A stretch of 32,000 nucleotides of DNA from Acaryochloris marina S15 (GCF_018336915.1 NZ_CP064924.1:270001-302000), one strand, 5' to 3'; shown: positions 15,295 to 23,439, counted from the first letter of the stretch. Translations and numbers: made by a program. The notes: generated by a model from the letters alone, not told the origin.

Positions 15295-18200
15295 ATGACG
15301 AGTCCGAGCCCAGAACAGCAAACCATTCTATTTCTTGCCAGCAACCCTGATGGATTGCGACAAGTCGGACGAGAATTACGCGACATTAAAAACGGGTTAC
15401 GCAGATCTGAGCATCGAGATCAGTTCACTCTATGTCCCTGCCTGGATGTACGTACTAAAGATATTCAACGGGCATTATTGGATGAAACGCCTCAGATAAT
15501 TCACTTCGCTGGCAGTGGCAAAGGAGAAGCAGGACTCGTCTTTGAAGATCAAGCAGGCAATCCCAAACTTGTCGCAAGTGCAGCCCTAGCAGGTCTATTT
15601 ACTCTGTTTGCTGAGGACATCCACTGCGTCATTCTGAATGGGTGTTATACCCAGGTGCAAGCTCAAGCCATCGCTCAACATATTGATTATGTAGTAGGCA
15701 TGCAGCAGGCCATCAGCCACGAAGCGGCCCTGGCCTTTGCCGTGGGTTTCTATGATGCCTTGGGTGCAGGCCGAGACATTGAATTTGCCTTTAAGTTGGG
15801 ATGCAGTGCCATTCAAATAGAAGGCTTACCCGAATCTCTCACCCCGGTGTTGGTCCAAAAATCTAGCCTTCAATCCGCACCCCTCCACCCCTTACCCGAA
15901 CAGCAGACTCATGAAAAACTCTGGAAAGTGCCAGAGTTACCCCCCCACTTTTTACCGCGTCCTCAGACCCTAAAAGCCCTAAGAGAGAAGGTCCTTACGG
16001 ATCTAGCCCAGCCTGTCGTCATGACCGGGCAACGCGTCGGTGTTCAGGGTATGGGAGGCATTGGCAAGTCGGTGTTGGCCACAGCCCTAGCTCGTGACCC
16101 TCAAGTTCAATCGGCATTCCCTGACGGTATTTATTGGCTAACCGTGGGGATAGAACCCAACCTACTGGCTCAGCAAATCGCTCTAGCAGCAGCCCTCTGT
16201 GGTGAACGCCAGGTATTTGAAGATATCAATGAAGGGAAAAACCGCCTCCAAACCCTATGGCAAGGACGCCAAAGTCTATTGATTCTAGATGATGTCTGGT
16301 GCATCGCGGATGCTGACGTCTTCAATGTCCTGGGACATCAAAGTACCTTGGTAGTGACGACCCGTGACTCAGAATTAATCACAGGATTAGGGGCCACTGA
16401 CTTTTCCCTTTCGGTACTCCATGAGGATCAGGCGCTGGAGTTATTAGCCGCCTGGGTGGGCGTCCCCATCTCAGATCTACCCTCCCAAGCCCAGGAAGTA
16501 GCAAGAGAATGTGGCAACTTGCCCTTAGCCCTGGCCCAATGTGGTGCAATGGTGCGAGATTTAACCCCTTGGCCCCATGTTCTCAGTGCCTTACAAGATT
16601 CAGATCTTGAATTTATCCAAAAACAGTTTAGTCATTATTCCTACCCCGATGTCTTCAAAGCCCTGCATGTCAGTGCAACGGTCTTAGCAGAAACCAACCC
16701 CATCGCTGCCGAACGCTATCAAGAACTGGCAGTGTTTCCAGCCGATGAATTGATTCCTGAAGCAGTCATTGTTCGCCTATGGCAATATACCGGAGTATTA
16801 AAGGAGCGAGATGCGGGCAAAATCCTAACCACCTTATCGAGTAAAGCCATGCTGCGGCTAGAGGGGGACTATCCCCAGCGGCAAGTCAGCCTCCATGACT
16901 TACAGCAGGATTATTTACAAGCCCAGCAAGCCGACCAGAAGGCATTGCATCAGCAACTTCTGGAGGCTTATCACCAGGGCTGTCCAGAGGGATGGCATTG
17001 TGGACCGAAGGACGGGTATTTCTTTGAGCATTTGGCCCATCACCTCCAGCAGGCAGAACGCACCGATGAGTTACGGCAATTACTCTGGGACTATCGTTGG
17101 ATTCAACGCAAATTGGGAGTCACTGATATCAATGCCCTGCTATTGGACTATGAAACCTTACCCAAGGACCAAGACCTCAACAGTGTCCACAGTGGGTTAC
17201 GGTTATCTAGCCATGTATTAAATCAGCATCCTGAGCAGCTTCCCAGTCAGCTCTTTGGGCGTTTGATGAGTCAAGATTCACCCCATGTGACCGCATTGAC
17301 TCAATCTTTAGCTCAGGGACCGGGAGAATGCTGGATACGGTGTCTATTCCCCCATCTCAACCAAGCGGGGGGAGCATTAGTGCGCACCCTCACCGGACAT
17401 ACTTCCACTGTCTATGGCGTGAGCATCAGCCCCGATGGCCAAACCGTAGTCTCCGCGTCTTGGGACCAGACCCTGAAGGTGTGGGACCTGGAGACGGGCC
17501 AGGAGCAGCGCACCCTCACCGGACATACTAGCCTTGTCAATGGCGTGAGCATCAGCCCCGATGGCCAAACCGTAGTCTCCGCGTCTTGGGACAAGACCCT
17601 GAAGGTATGGGACCTGGCGACGGGCCAGGAGCAGCGCACCCTCACCGGACATATTGCCTCTGTCAATGGCGTGAGCATCAGCCCCGATGGCCAAACCGTA
17701 ATCTCCGCATCTAGTGACCATACCCTGAAGGTGTGGGATCTGGAGACGGGCCAGGAACAGCGCACCCTCACCGGACATACTGACTATGTCGAGGGCGTGA
17801 GCATCAGCCCCGATGGCCAAACCGTAGTCTCCGCGTCTAGGGACCAGACCCTGAAGGTGTGGGACCTGGAGACGGGCCAGGAGCAGCGCACCCTCACCGG
17901 ACATACTGACCCTGTCTATGGCGTCAGCATCAGCTCCGATGGCCAAACCGTAGTCTCCGCGTCTGGTGACCAGACCCTGAAGGTGTGGGACCTGGCGACG
18001 GGCCAGGAGCAGCGCACCCTCACCGGACATACTGCCTCTGTCGAGGGCGTGAGCATCAGCTCCGATGGCCAAACCGTAGTCTCCGCGTCTGGTGACCATA
18101 CCCTGAAGGTGTGGGACCTGGAGACGGGCCAGGAGCAGCGCACCCTCACCGGACATACTGCCTCTGTCGAGGGCGTGAGCATCAGCTCCGATGGCCAAAC

Positions 18201-19293
18201 CGTGGTCTCCGCGTCTGATGACCATACCCTGAAGGTGTGGGACCTGGAGACGGGCCAGGAGCAGCGCACCCTCACCGGACATACTGCCTCTGTCGAGGGC
18301 GTGAGCATCAGCTCCGATGGCCAAACCGTAGTCTCCGCGTCTGGTGACCATACCCTGAAGGTGTGGGACCTGGAGACGGGCCAGGAGCAGCGCACCCTCA
18401 CCGGACATACTTCCCTTGTCCATGGCGTGAGCATCAGCCCCGATGGCCAAACCGTAGTCTCCGCGTCTAAGGACCAGACCCTGAAGGTGTGGGACCTGGA
18501 GACGGGCCAGGAGCAGCGCACCCTCACCGGACATACTGCCTCTGTCACTGGCGTCAGCATCAGCCCCGATGGCCAAACCGTCGTCTCCGCGTCTTGGGAC
18601 AATACCCTGAAGGTGTGGGACCTGGAGACGGGCCAGGAGCAGCGCACCCTCACCGGACATACTGCCTATGTCACTGGCGTGAGCATCAGCCCCGATGGCC
18701 AAACCCTTGTCTCCACGTCTTTGGACAAGACCCTGAAGGTGTGGGACCTGGAGACGGGCCAGGAGCAGCGCACCCTCACCGGGCATACTGACCCTGTCAC
18801 TGGCGTGAGCATCAACCCCGATGGCCAAACCGTCGTCTCCGCGTCTTGGGACTGTACCCTGAAGGTGTGGGACCTGGAGACGGGCCAGGAGCAGCGCACC
18901 CTCACCGGACATACTTCCACTGTCACTGGCGTCAGCATCAGCCCCGATGGCCAAACCGTCGTCTCCGCGTCTTGGGACTGTACCCTGAAGGTGTGGGACC
19001 TGGAGACGGGCCAGGAGCAGCGCACCCTCACCGGACATACTGCCCCTGTCAATGGCGTGAGCATCAGCCCCGATGGCCAAACCCTTGTCTCCGCGTCTGA
19101 TGACCATACCCTGAAGGCATGGGACCTGCTGACCGGCATGGAAGTGATGAGCTTCACGGGAGAAGGTGCATTTCAATGTTGTGAGATTGCCCTAGATGGT
19201 CGCACCGTCATTGCTGGAGATGCTGGGGGACAGCTTTACTTTCTGCGGCTAGAAGGCCCCAGCTTTTCAGACGACGGGGAGGTTATCTCATGA
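15295..19293 (+). CDS. Apaf-1/NLR-like STAND NTPase: N-terminal caspase/CHAT-like domain, NB-ARC, then 14 near-identical WD40 repeats and 1 degenerate one
   Basis: 1332 aa.
- N-terminal domain (about 190 aa) has a caspase-like strand/helix pattern with IIHFAGSG ... VILNGCYT.
- NB-ARC motifs: P-loop GMGGIGKS, Walker B LLILDDVW, VVTTRD, a GLPL-type GNLPLAL, and an MHD-type LHD (VSLHDLQ).
- C-terminus: 14 x 42-aa units LTGHTxxVxGVSISPDGQTVVSASxDxTLKVWDLETGQEQRT plus a degenerate 15th blade. Confidence 0.9.
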   Translation: MTSPSPEQQTILFLASNPDGLRQVGRELRDIKNGLRRSEHRDQFTLCPCLDVRTKDIQRALLDETPQIIHFAGSGKGEAGLVFEDQAGNPKLVASAALAGLFTLFAEDIHCVILNGCYTQVQAQAIAQHIDYVVGMQQAISHEAALAFAVGFYDALGAGRDIEFAFKLGCSAIQIEGLPESLTPVLVQKSSLQSAPLHPLPEQQTHEKLWKVPELPPHFLPRPQTLKALREKVLTDLAQPVVMTGQRVGVQGMGGIGKSVLATALARDPQVQSAFPDGIYWLTVGIEPNLLAQQIALAAALCGERQVFEDINEGKNRLQTLWQGRQSLLILDDVWCIADADVFNVLGHQSTLVVTTRDSELITGLGATDFSLSVLHEDQALELLAAWVGVPISDLPSQAQEVARECGNLPLALAQCGAMVRDLTPWPHVLSALQDSDLEFIQKQFSHYSYPDVFKALHVSATVLAETNPIAAERYQELAVFPADELIPEAVIVRLWQYTGVLKERDAGKILTTLSSKAMLRLEGDYPQRQVSLHDLQQDYLQAQQADQKALHQQLLEAYHQGCPEGWHCGPKDGYFFEHLAHHLQQAERTDELRQLLWDYRWIQRKLGVTDINALLLDYETLPKDQDLNSVHSGLRLSSHVLNQHPEQLPSQLFGRLMSQDSPHVTALTQSLAQGPGECWIRCLFPHLNQAGGALVRTLTGHTSTVYGVSISPDGQTVVSASWDQTLKVWDLETGQEQRTLTGHTSLVNGVSISPDGQTVVSASWDKTLKVWDLATGQEQRTLTGHIASVNGVSISPDGQTVISASSDHTLKVWDLETGQEQRTLTGHTDYVEGVSISPDGQTVVSASRDQTLKVWDLETGQEQRTLTGHTDPVYGVSISSDGQTVVSASGDQTLKVWDLATGQEQRTLTGHTASVEGVSISSDGQTVVSASGDHTLKVWDLETGQEQRTLTGHTASVEGVSISSDGQTVVSASDDHTLKVWDLETGQEQRTLTGHTASVEGVSISSDGQTVVSASGDHTLKVWDLETGQEQRTLTGHTSLVHGVSISPDGQTVVSASKDQTLKVWDLETGQEQRTLTGHTASVTGVSISPDGQTVVSASWDNTLKVWDLETGQEQRTLTGHTAYVTGVSISPDGQTLVSTSLDKTLKVWDLETGQEQRTLTGHTDPVTGVSINPDGQTVVSASWDCTLKVWDLETGQEQRTLTGHTSTVTGVSISPDGQTVVSASWDCTLKVWDLETGQEQRTLTGHTAPVNGVSISPDGQTLVSASDDHTLKAWDLLTGMEVMSFTGEGAFQCCEIALDGRTVIAGDAGGQLYFLRLEGPSFSDDGEVIS
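17389..19152 (+). repeat. 14 tandem 126-bp repeats, in frame, encoding WD40 blades
   Basis: Direct inspection shows an exact 126-bp period starting at CTCACCGGACATAC. Units 6-8 are nearly identical at the DNA level. Differences between units fall in a few codons. Confidence 0.95.
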
Positions 19294-19429
19294 CTTAAAC
19301 CGTTCTAATATCCCTTCAATTCCTGCCTCAACGTTTGGGGTGTTCTCTCACAACCGAAGGCTATCGACGTCGCAATTCAATCATTGAGTGTTCCACTATC
19401 TTCTGCCCGAATTTATCCGCCCTACCCTC

Positions 19430-20527
19430 ATGACTGCCCAAACCATTCTCTTTCTCGCTGCGAATCCCAAAGATACTAAGACTCTTCGATTGGATCAGGA
19501 GTTAAGGGATATTGGTGAGGGTTTACAGCAGGCTCAACGTCGAGATGAGTTTAAGCTTGAACAGCGCCTGGCGGTTCGCCCCCATGATATTCAGCGGGCC
19601 ATGCTAGATCTGAATCCCCAGATCGTTCATTTCTCAGGCCATGGGAATGGGGATGAGGGCTTGGCCTTTGAGGATGTCAGTGGTAATACCCAGTTGGTCA
19701 GTGGTGAGGCGATTGCTGACCTGTTTAGCCTGTTTGCCGATCAACTGCGCTGCGTAGTCCTCAATGGCTGCTATACCGAGGTGCAAGCAAAGGCCATCTC
19801 GGAACATATTCCCTATGTTATCGGTATGAAACGGGCGATTGGGGATAAAGCGGCGATCTCCTTTGCCGTGGGATTCTATGATGCCCTGGGCTCTGGTCGA
19901 GATGTGGAGTTTGCCTTTAAGTTGGGCTGTGCCGCTATCCGCATGGAAGGCATTGAAGAACATCTCACCCCCGTTCTGATTAAAAAGCCCATTACTGAGG
20001 AAACTAAGGATCAGGATCAACCCAATGCTCAAACTCCTCCAACACCCGCGCCTTCTCCCATGACTCCAGACGCCGATGGACCCTTAGAGGTCTTTATTTC
20101 CTATTCCCATAAAGACGATGATTTACGAGAAGAGTTAGACATCCATCTTTCCAATCTGAAACGACAGGGGAAAATTGCTGCTTGGCATGATCGGGCGATT
20201 GAAGCAGGGGAAGAATGGGAAGCTCAAATCAAAGGCCATCTGGAGTCCGCTCAAATCATTCTGCTACTGGTCAGCCCACCCTTTATGGCCTCTGACTATT
20301 GCTACGACATTGAGATGCAACGAGCGATAGACCGCCATAACGAAGGCACAGCCCGAGTCATCCCTATTATTCTGCGTCCCTGTGACTGGAAAGGGTCACC
20401 CTTCAGTAAGCTGAAGATACTCCCTAAAGATGCCAAGCCCGTGACGAAATGGGCTGATCGCGATGAGGCATTCTTGGATGTCGTCAAAGGAATACGGAGG
20501 GCGGTAGAGTCCCTGACAAAAAAGTAG
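19430..20527 (+). CDS. Caspase/CHAT-like domain fused to a TIR domain (putative effector)
   Basis: The N-terminal domain is about 60% identical (100/163 positions, hand alignment) to the N-terminus of 15295-19293, but has an intact HFSGHG ... VLNGCYT dyad pattern. A Pro/Thr linker follows, then a TIR signature: VFISYSHKDD...GKIAAWHDRAIEAGEEW...IILLLVSPPFMASDYCYDIEMQRA, with a conserved Glu candidate. The preferred start is ATG 19430 (MTAQTILFLAANP, parallel to the MTSPSPEQQTILFLASNP N-terminus of 15295-19293) rather than the ORF-track GTG 19388. Confidence 0.85.
   Translation: MTAQTILFLAANPKDTKTLRLDQELRDIGEGLQQAQRRDEFKLEQRLAVRPHDIQRAMLDLNPQIVHFSGHGNGDEGLAFEDVSGNTQLVSGEAIADLFSLFADQLRCVVLNGCYTEVQAKAISEHIPYVIGMKRAIGDKAAISFAVGFYDALGSGRDVEFAFKLGCAAIRMEGIEEHLTPVLIKKPITEETKDQDQPNAQTPPTPAPSPMTPDADGPLEVFISYSHKDDDLREELDIHLSNLKRQGKIAAWHDRAIEAGEEWEAQIKGHLESAQIILLLVSPPFMASDYCYDIEMQRAIDRHNEGTARVIPIILRPCDWKGSPFSKLKILPKDAKPVTKWADRDEAFLDVVKGIRRAVESLTKK
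20518..20524 (+). promoter_or_regulatory. Candidate -1 ribosomal frameshift or slippage site: A AAA AAG followed immediately by a 0-frame TAG
   Basis: The last two sense codons of the TIR ORF are AAA AAG preceded by A. This is the same heptamer as the E. coli dnaX -1 site. The -1 frame is open from 20467 and runs without a stop into the NB-ARC-TPR ORF. GGAGG lies about 17-21 nt upstream. No convincing downstream hairpin was found by eye. Confidence 0.35.
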
Positions 20528-20676
20528 ACCACTCTTCGTCAGGACTCAGTCCACCAACGGAGAGTCATCAGGGCCAGGGACCAGAAGCCTCGTCATCTTC
20601 TCAGGCAAGTCCCCCTCATAACCTCCCTCGCAGCGGTGTCGTTGAATTTGTCGGTCGTGAACAAACGCTGCAGGAC

Positions 20677-23196
20677 TTGCACCAGCTCCTCCAAAAGAAC
20701 AATCCAGTAGCCCTTACTGCATTAGCAGGCATGGGTGGGATCGGAAAGACTGAACTTGCCCTGCAATATGCCATCTCCCAGCTCGATCAGGGTCAGTACC
20801 CTGGAGGACTTTGCTGGCTGCGAGTGAAAGGCCAGGCTCTAGCTGCCCAAATTATCGAATTTGCCCGGACCAAGTTGGCACTGGCCCTTCCGGATGGACT
20901 CAATGAAGATCAACAGGTGAGTTATATCTGGGGGCAATGGCCCACCGGAAAGGTGCTGATTATTTTTGATGATGTAAAGGACCTTGAGACCATCGAACCG
21001 TACTTACCGCCGTCAGACCCACGGTATAAAGTACTGATTACAACCCGACAGGATTTAGGTCTATCCGATCATTCCCTTTCCATTAAAGAACTGAGCGATA
21101 CCAGTGCCTTATCCCTGCTGAGAACCCTAGTTGGAGCAGACCGAATTGATGCTCAGCTCGACGATGCTCAAGCCTTATGTGGATGGGTGGGTAAATTGCC
21201 CTTAGGACTAGAGTTAGTGGGACGGTATCTAGCCAGAAAGCCAGACTGGTCCCTCCAAAAGCTGATCAAGCGACTTGAATCCAAGCGATTACAAGCCAAA
21301 GCCCTGACGACTCCAGCATCAGGAATGACCGCACAGTTTGGGGTCGCTGCTGCACTGGAATTAAGCTGGGTAGAGCTGAATGAGGCAGAGCAGGAACTGG
21401 CTTGCTTTTTGGGGATGTTTGCGGTTGCTCCTATTCCTTGGACTTTGGTTGAAGGATGTCTATCCGAACAGGATAAGGATGACTTAGAAGACATCAGAGA
21501 TGAAGGTTTGAAAGATAGGAACCTACTCAAACGAATAGAAGAGAGTACCTACCAACTCCATCAAATTGTTCAGGAGTTCTTTCGGATTAAGTTGAATGAG
21601 GATTCCGAACAGGGGAAATCCCTCAAAGCCGCTTATTGCAGAGGAATGGTTGCAGTTGCTCAGGGTATTAATCAGAATCCAACGATTGATGTGATTGCAG
21701 GGATGAGTGCCAGCATTCCCCATCTAGAGGAACTGATCCGACAGTGGATTGACCACCTCGGTGATGATGAATTGATGTGGCCCTATGTCGGTATTGGTCG
21801 ATTTTATGAAGGGCAAGGGAACTATGCATTGGCTTTACCTTGGTATCAAAAATGCCTAGAACAGACTCAACAAAGATTGGGCAATGAACACACCGATGTC
21901 GCAACTAGCCTCAATAACCTGGCAGGACTCTACAAAAACCAAGGACGATATGAGGAAGCAGAACCCCTCTATACACAAGCCCTACAGATGAGACAGAAGC
22001 CATTGGGCAATGAACACCCCGATGTCGCAACTAGCCTCAATAACCTGGCATTACTCTACGACAGCCAAGGACGGTATGAGGAGGCAGAACCCCTCTATAC
22101 ACAAGCCCTACAGATGACACAGAAGCTCTTGGGCAATGAACACCCCGATGTCGCTCTTAGCCTCAATAACCTGGCAGGACTCTACGACAACCAAGGACGG
22201 TATGAGGAGGCAGAACCCCTCTATACACAAGCCCTACAGATGAAAAAGAAGCTCTTGGGCAATGAACACCCCTCTGTCGCAAGTAGCCTCAATAACCTGG
22301 CAGGACTCTACAAAAACCAAGGACGGTATGAGGAGGCAGAACCCCTCTATACACAAGCCCTACAGATGACACAGAAGCTCTTGGGCAATGAACACCCCTC
22401 TGTCGCAAGTAGCCTCAATAACCTGGCAGCACTCTACGAGAACCAAGGACGGTATGAGGAGGCAGAACCCCTCTATACACAAGCCCTACAGATGAGACAG
22501 AAGCTCTTGGGCAATGAACACCCCTATGTCGCGACTAGCCTCAATAACCTGGCAGGACTCTACAAAAACCAAGGACGGTATGAGGAGGCAGAACCCCTCT
22601 ATACACAAGCCCTACAGATGACACAGAAGCTCTTGGGCAATGAACACCCCTCTGTCGCAAGTAGCCTCAATAACCTGGCAGCACTCTACGACAACCAAGG
22701 ACGGTATGAGGAGGCAGAACCCCTCTATACACAAGCCCTACAGATGAGACAGAAGCTATTGGGCAATGAACACCCCGATGTCGCAACTAGCCTCAATAAC
22801 CTGGCATTACTCTACGACAACCAAGGACGGTATGAGGAGGCAGAACCCCTCTATACACAAGCCCTGCAGATGAAAAAGAAGCTCTTGGGCAATGAACACC
22901 CCTCTGTCGCAAGTAGCCTCAATAACCTGGCAGGACTCTACAAAAACCAAGGACGGTATGAGGAGGCAGAACCCCTCTATACACAAGCCCTACAGATGAG
23001 ACAGAAGCTCTTGGGCAATGAACACCCCTCTGTCGCGACTAGCCTCAATAACCTGGCATTACTCTACAAAAACCAAGGACGGTATAAGGAGGCCAAATCT
23101 AATTTAAAGCAAGCACTAAAGATAGTAGAGGTCGTCTTGGGTCCAGAGCATCCTTCTACTCGGACCATGCGAAACAACTTAGAGTCCATCCCCTAG
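20677..23196 (+). CDS. NB-ARC STAND NTPase with a C-terminal TPR array (kinesin-light-chain-type 42-aa units). The coding frame is open upstream to 20467 with no start codon.
   Basis: P-loop GMGGIGKTELA, Walker B VLIIFDDV, ITTRQ, a GLPL-type GKLPLGLE, and an MHD-position LHQ. About 10 units follow of the form LLGNEHPxVAxSLNNLAxLYxNQGRYEEAEPLYTQALQMxxK. The ORF-track TTG start (20677) falls inside the conserved pre-P-loop helix ...GVVEFVGREQTLQDL|HQLLQ. The real N-terminus therefore lies upstream. Confidence 0.85.
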   Translation: MHQLLQKNNPVALTALAGMGGIGKTELALQYAISQLDQGQYPGGLCWLRVKGQALAAQIIEFARTKLALALPDGLNEDQQVSYIWGQWPTGKVLIIFDDVKDLETIEPYLPPSDPRYKVLITTRQDLGLSDHSLSIKELSDTSALSLLRTLVGADRIDAQLDDAQALCGWVGKLPLGLELVGRYLARKPDWSLQKLIKRLESKRLQAKALTTPASGMTAQFGVAAALELSWVELNEAEQELACFLGMFAVAPIPWTLVEGCLSEQDKDDLEDIRDEGLKDRNLLKRIEESTYQLHQIVQEFFRIKLNEDSEQGKSLKAAYCRGMVAVAQGINQNPTIDVIAGMSASIPHLEELIRQWIDHLGDDELMWPYVGIGRFYEGQGNYALALPWYQKCLEQTQQRLGNEHTDVATSLNNLAGLYKNQGRYEEAEPLYTQALQMRQKPLGNEHPDVATSLNNLALLYDSQGRYEEAEPLYTQALQMTQKLLGNEHPDVALSLNNLAGLYDNQGRYEEAEPLYTQALQMKKKLLGNEHPSVASSLNNLAGLYKNQGRYEEAEPLYTQALQMTQKLLGNEHPSVASSLNNLAALYENQGRYEEAEPLYTQALQMRQKLLGNEHPYVATSLNNLAGLYKNQGRYEEAEPLYTQALQMTQKLLGNEHPSVASSLNNLAALYDNQGRYEEAEPLYTQALQMRQKLLGNEHPDVATSLNNLALLYDNQGRYEEAEPLYTQALQMKKKLLGNEHPSVASSLNNLAGLYKNQGRYEEAEPLYTQALQMRQKLLGNEHPSVATSLNNLALLYKNQGRYKEAKSNLKQALKIVEVVLGPEHPSTRTMRNNLESIP
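21871..23130 (+). repeat. About 10 tandem 126-bp repeats, in frame, encoding TPR pairs
   Basis: Exact 126-bp periodicity with very high DNA identity between units. The last unit diverges in its second half. Confidence 0.9.
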
Positions 23197-23439
23197 AAAG
23201 CCACCAACCAAGACCAAATTAATCAAAGTCAGTCCTGGCAAGAACTTCAGAATCCGGCTGGGAAGGACTTATTTTTCGTGTAATTTTTTGTGTAATACAG
23301 ATTTTGGTAGAAAATCTGGAATTAAAATCACAGATCTAATATGGTGATCTTGGAATTCATACTCTGTGGTGCAAATTATTTTGTGTTTGGCTCAACATGC
23401 CGACTTGTCGCCTATGCGTCTGACTGAGCTGAAAACCTG

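Noticed and set aside
17377-19176. A long antisense ORF (599 aa) and several other alternative-frame ORFs on both strands across the WD40 array (17412-17771, 17916-18653, 18666-19157, 17328-17531, 18489-18791, 18846-19100).
   Set aside because: They arise because a 126-bp unit without stop codons in those frames is repeated 14 times. The sense frame has clear NB-ARC and WD40 motifs. The shadow frames give low-complexity Arg/Gly/Pro strings.
19388-19429. The upstream GTG start (19388) for the CHAT-TIR gene, and the TTG start (27242) for the membrane protein.
   Set aside because: Downstream ATGs fit better. ATG 19430 gives an N-terminus parallel to the paralogous domain of the 15295 gene. ATG 27197 has a GAGGGA Shine-Dalgarno-like sequence upstream. 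The track simply reports the longest ORF.
23299-23319. Hairpin CAGATTTT-GGTAG-AAAATCTG downstream of the NB-ARC-TPR gene, considered as a possible terminator.
   Set aside because: The stem consists only of A/T-rich pairs, there is no following U-tract, and it lies about 100 nt past the stop. It is not convincing enough to annotate.
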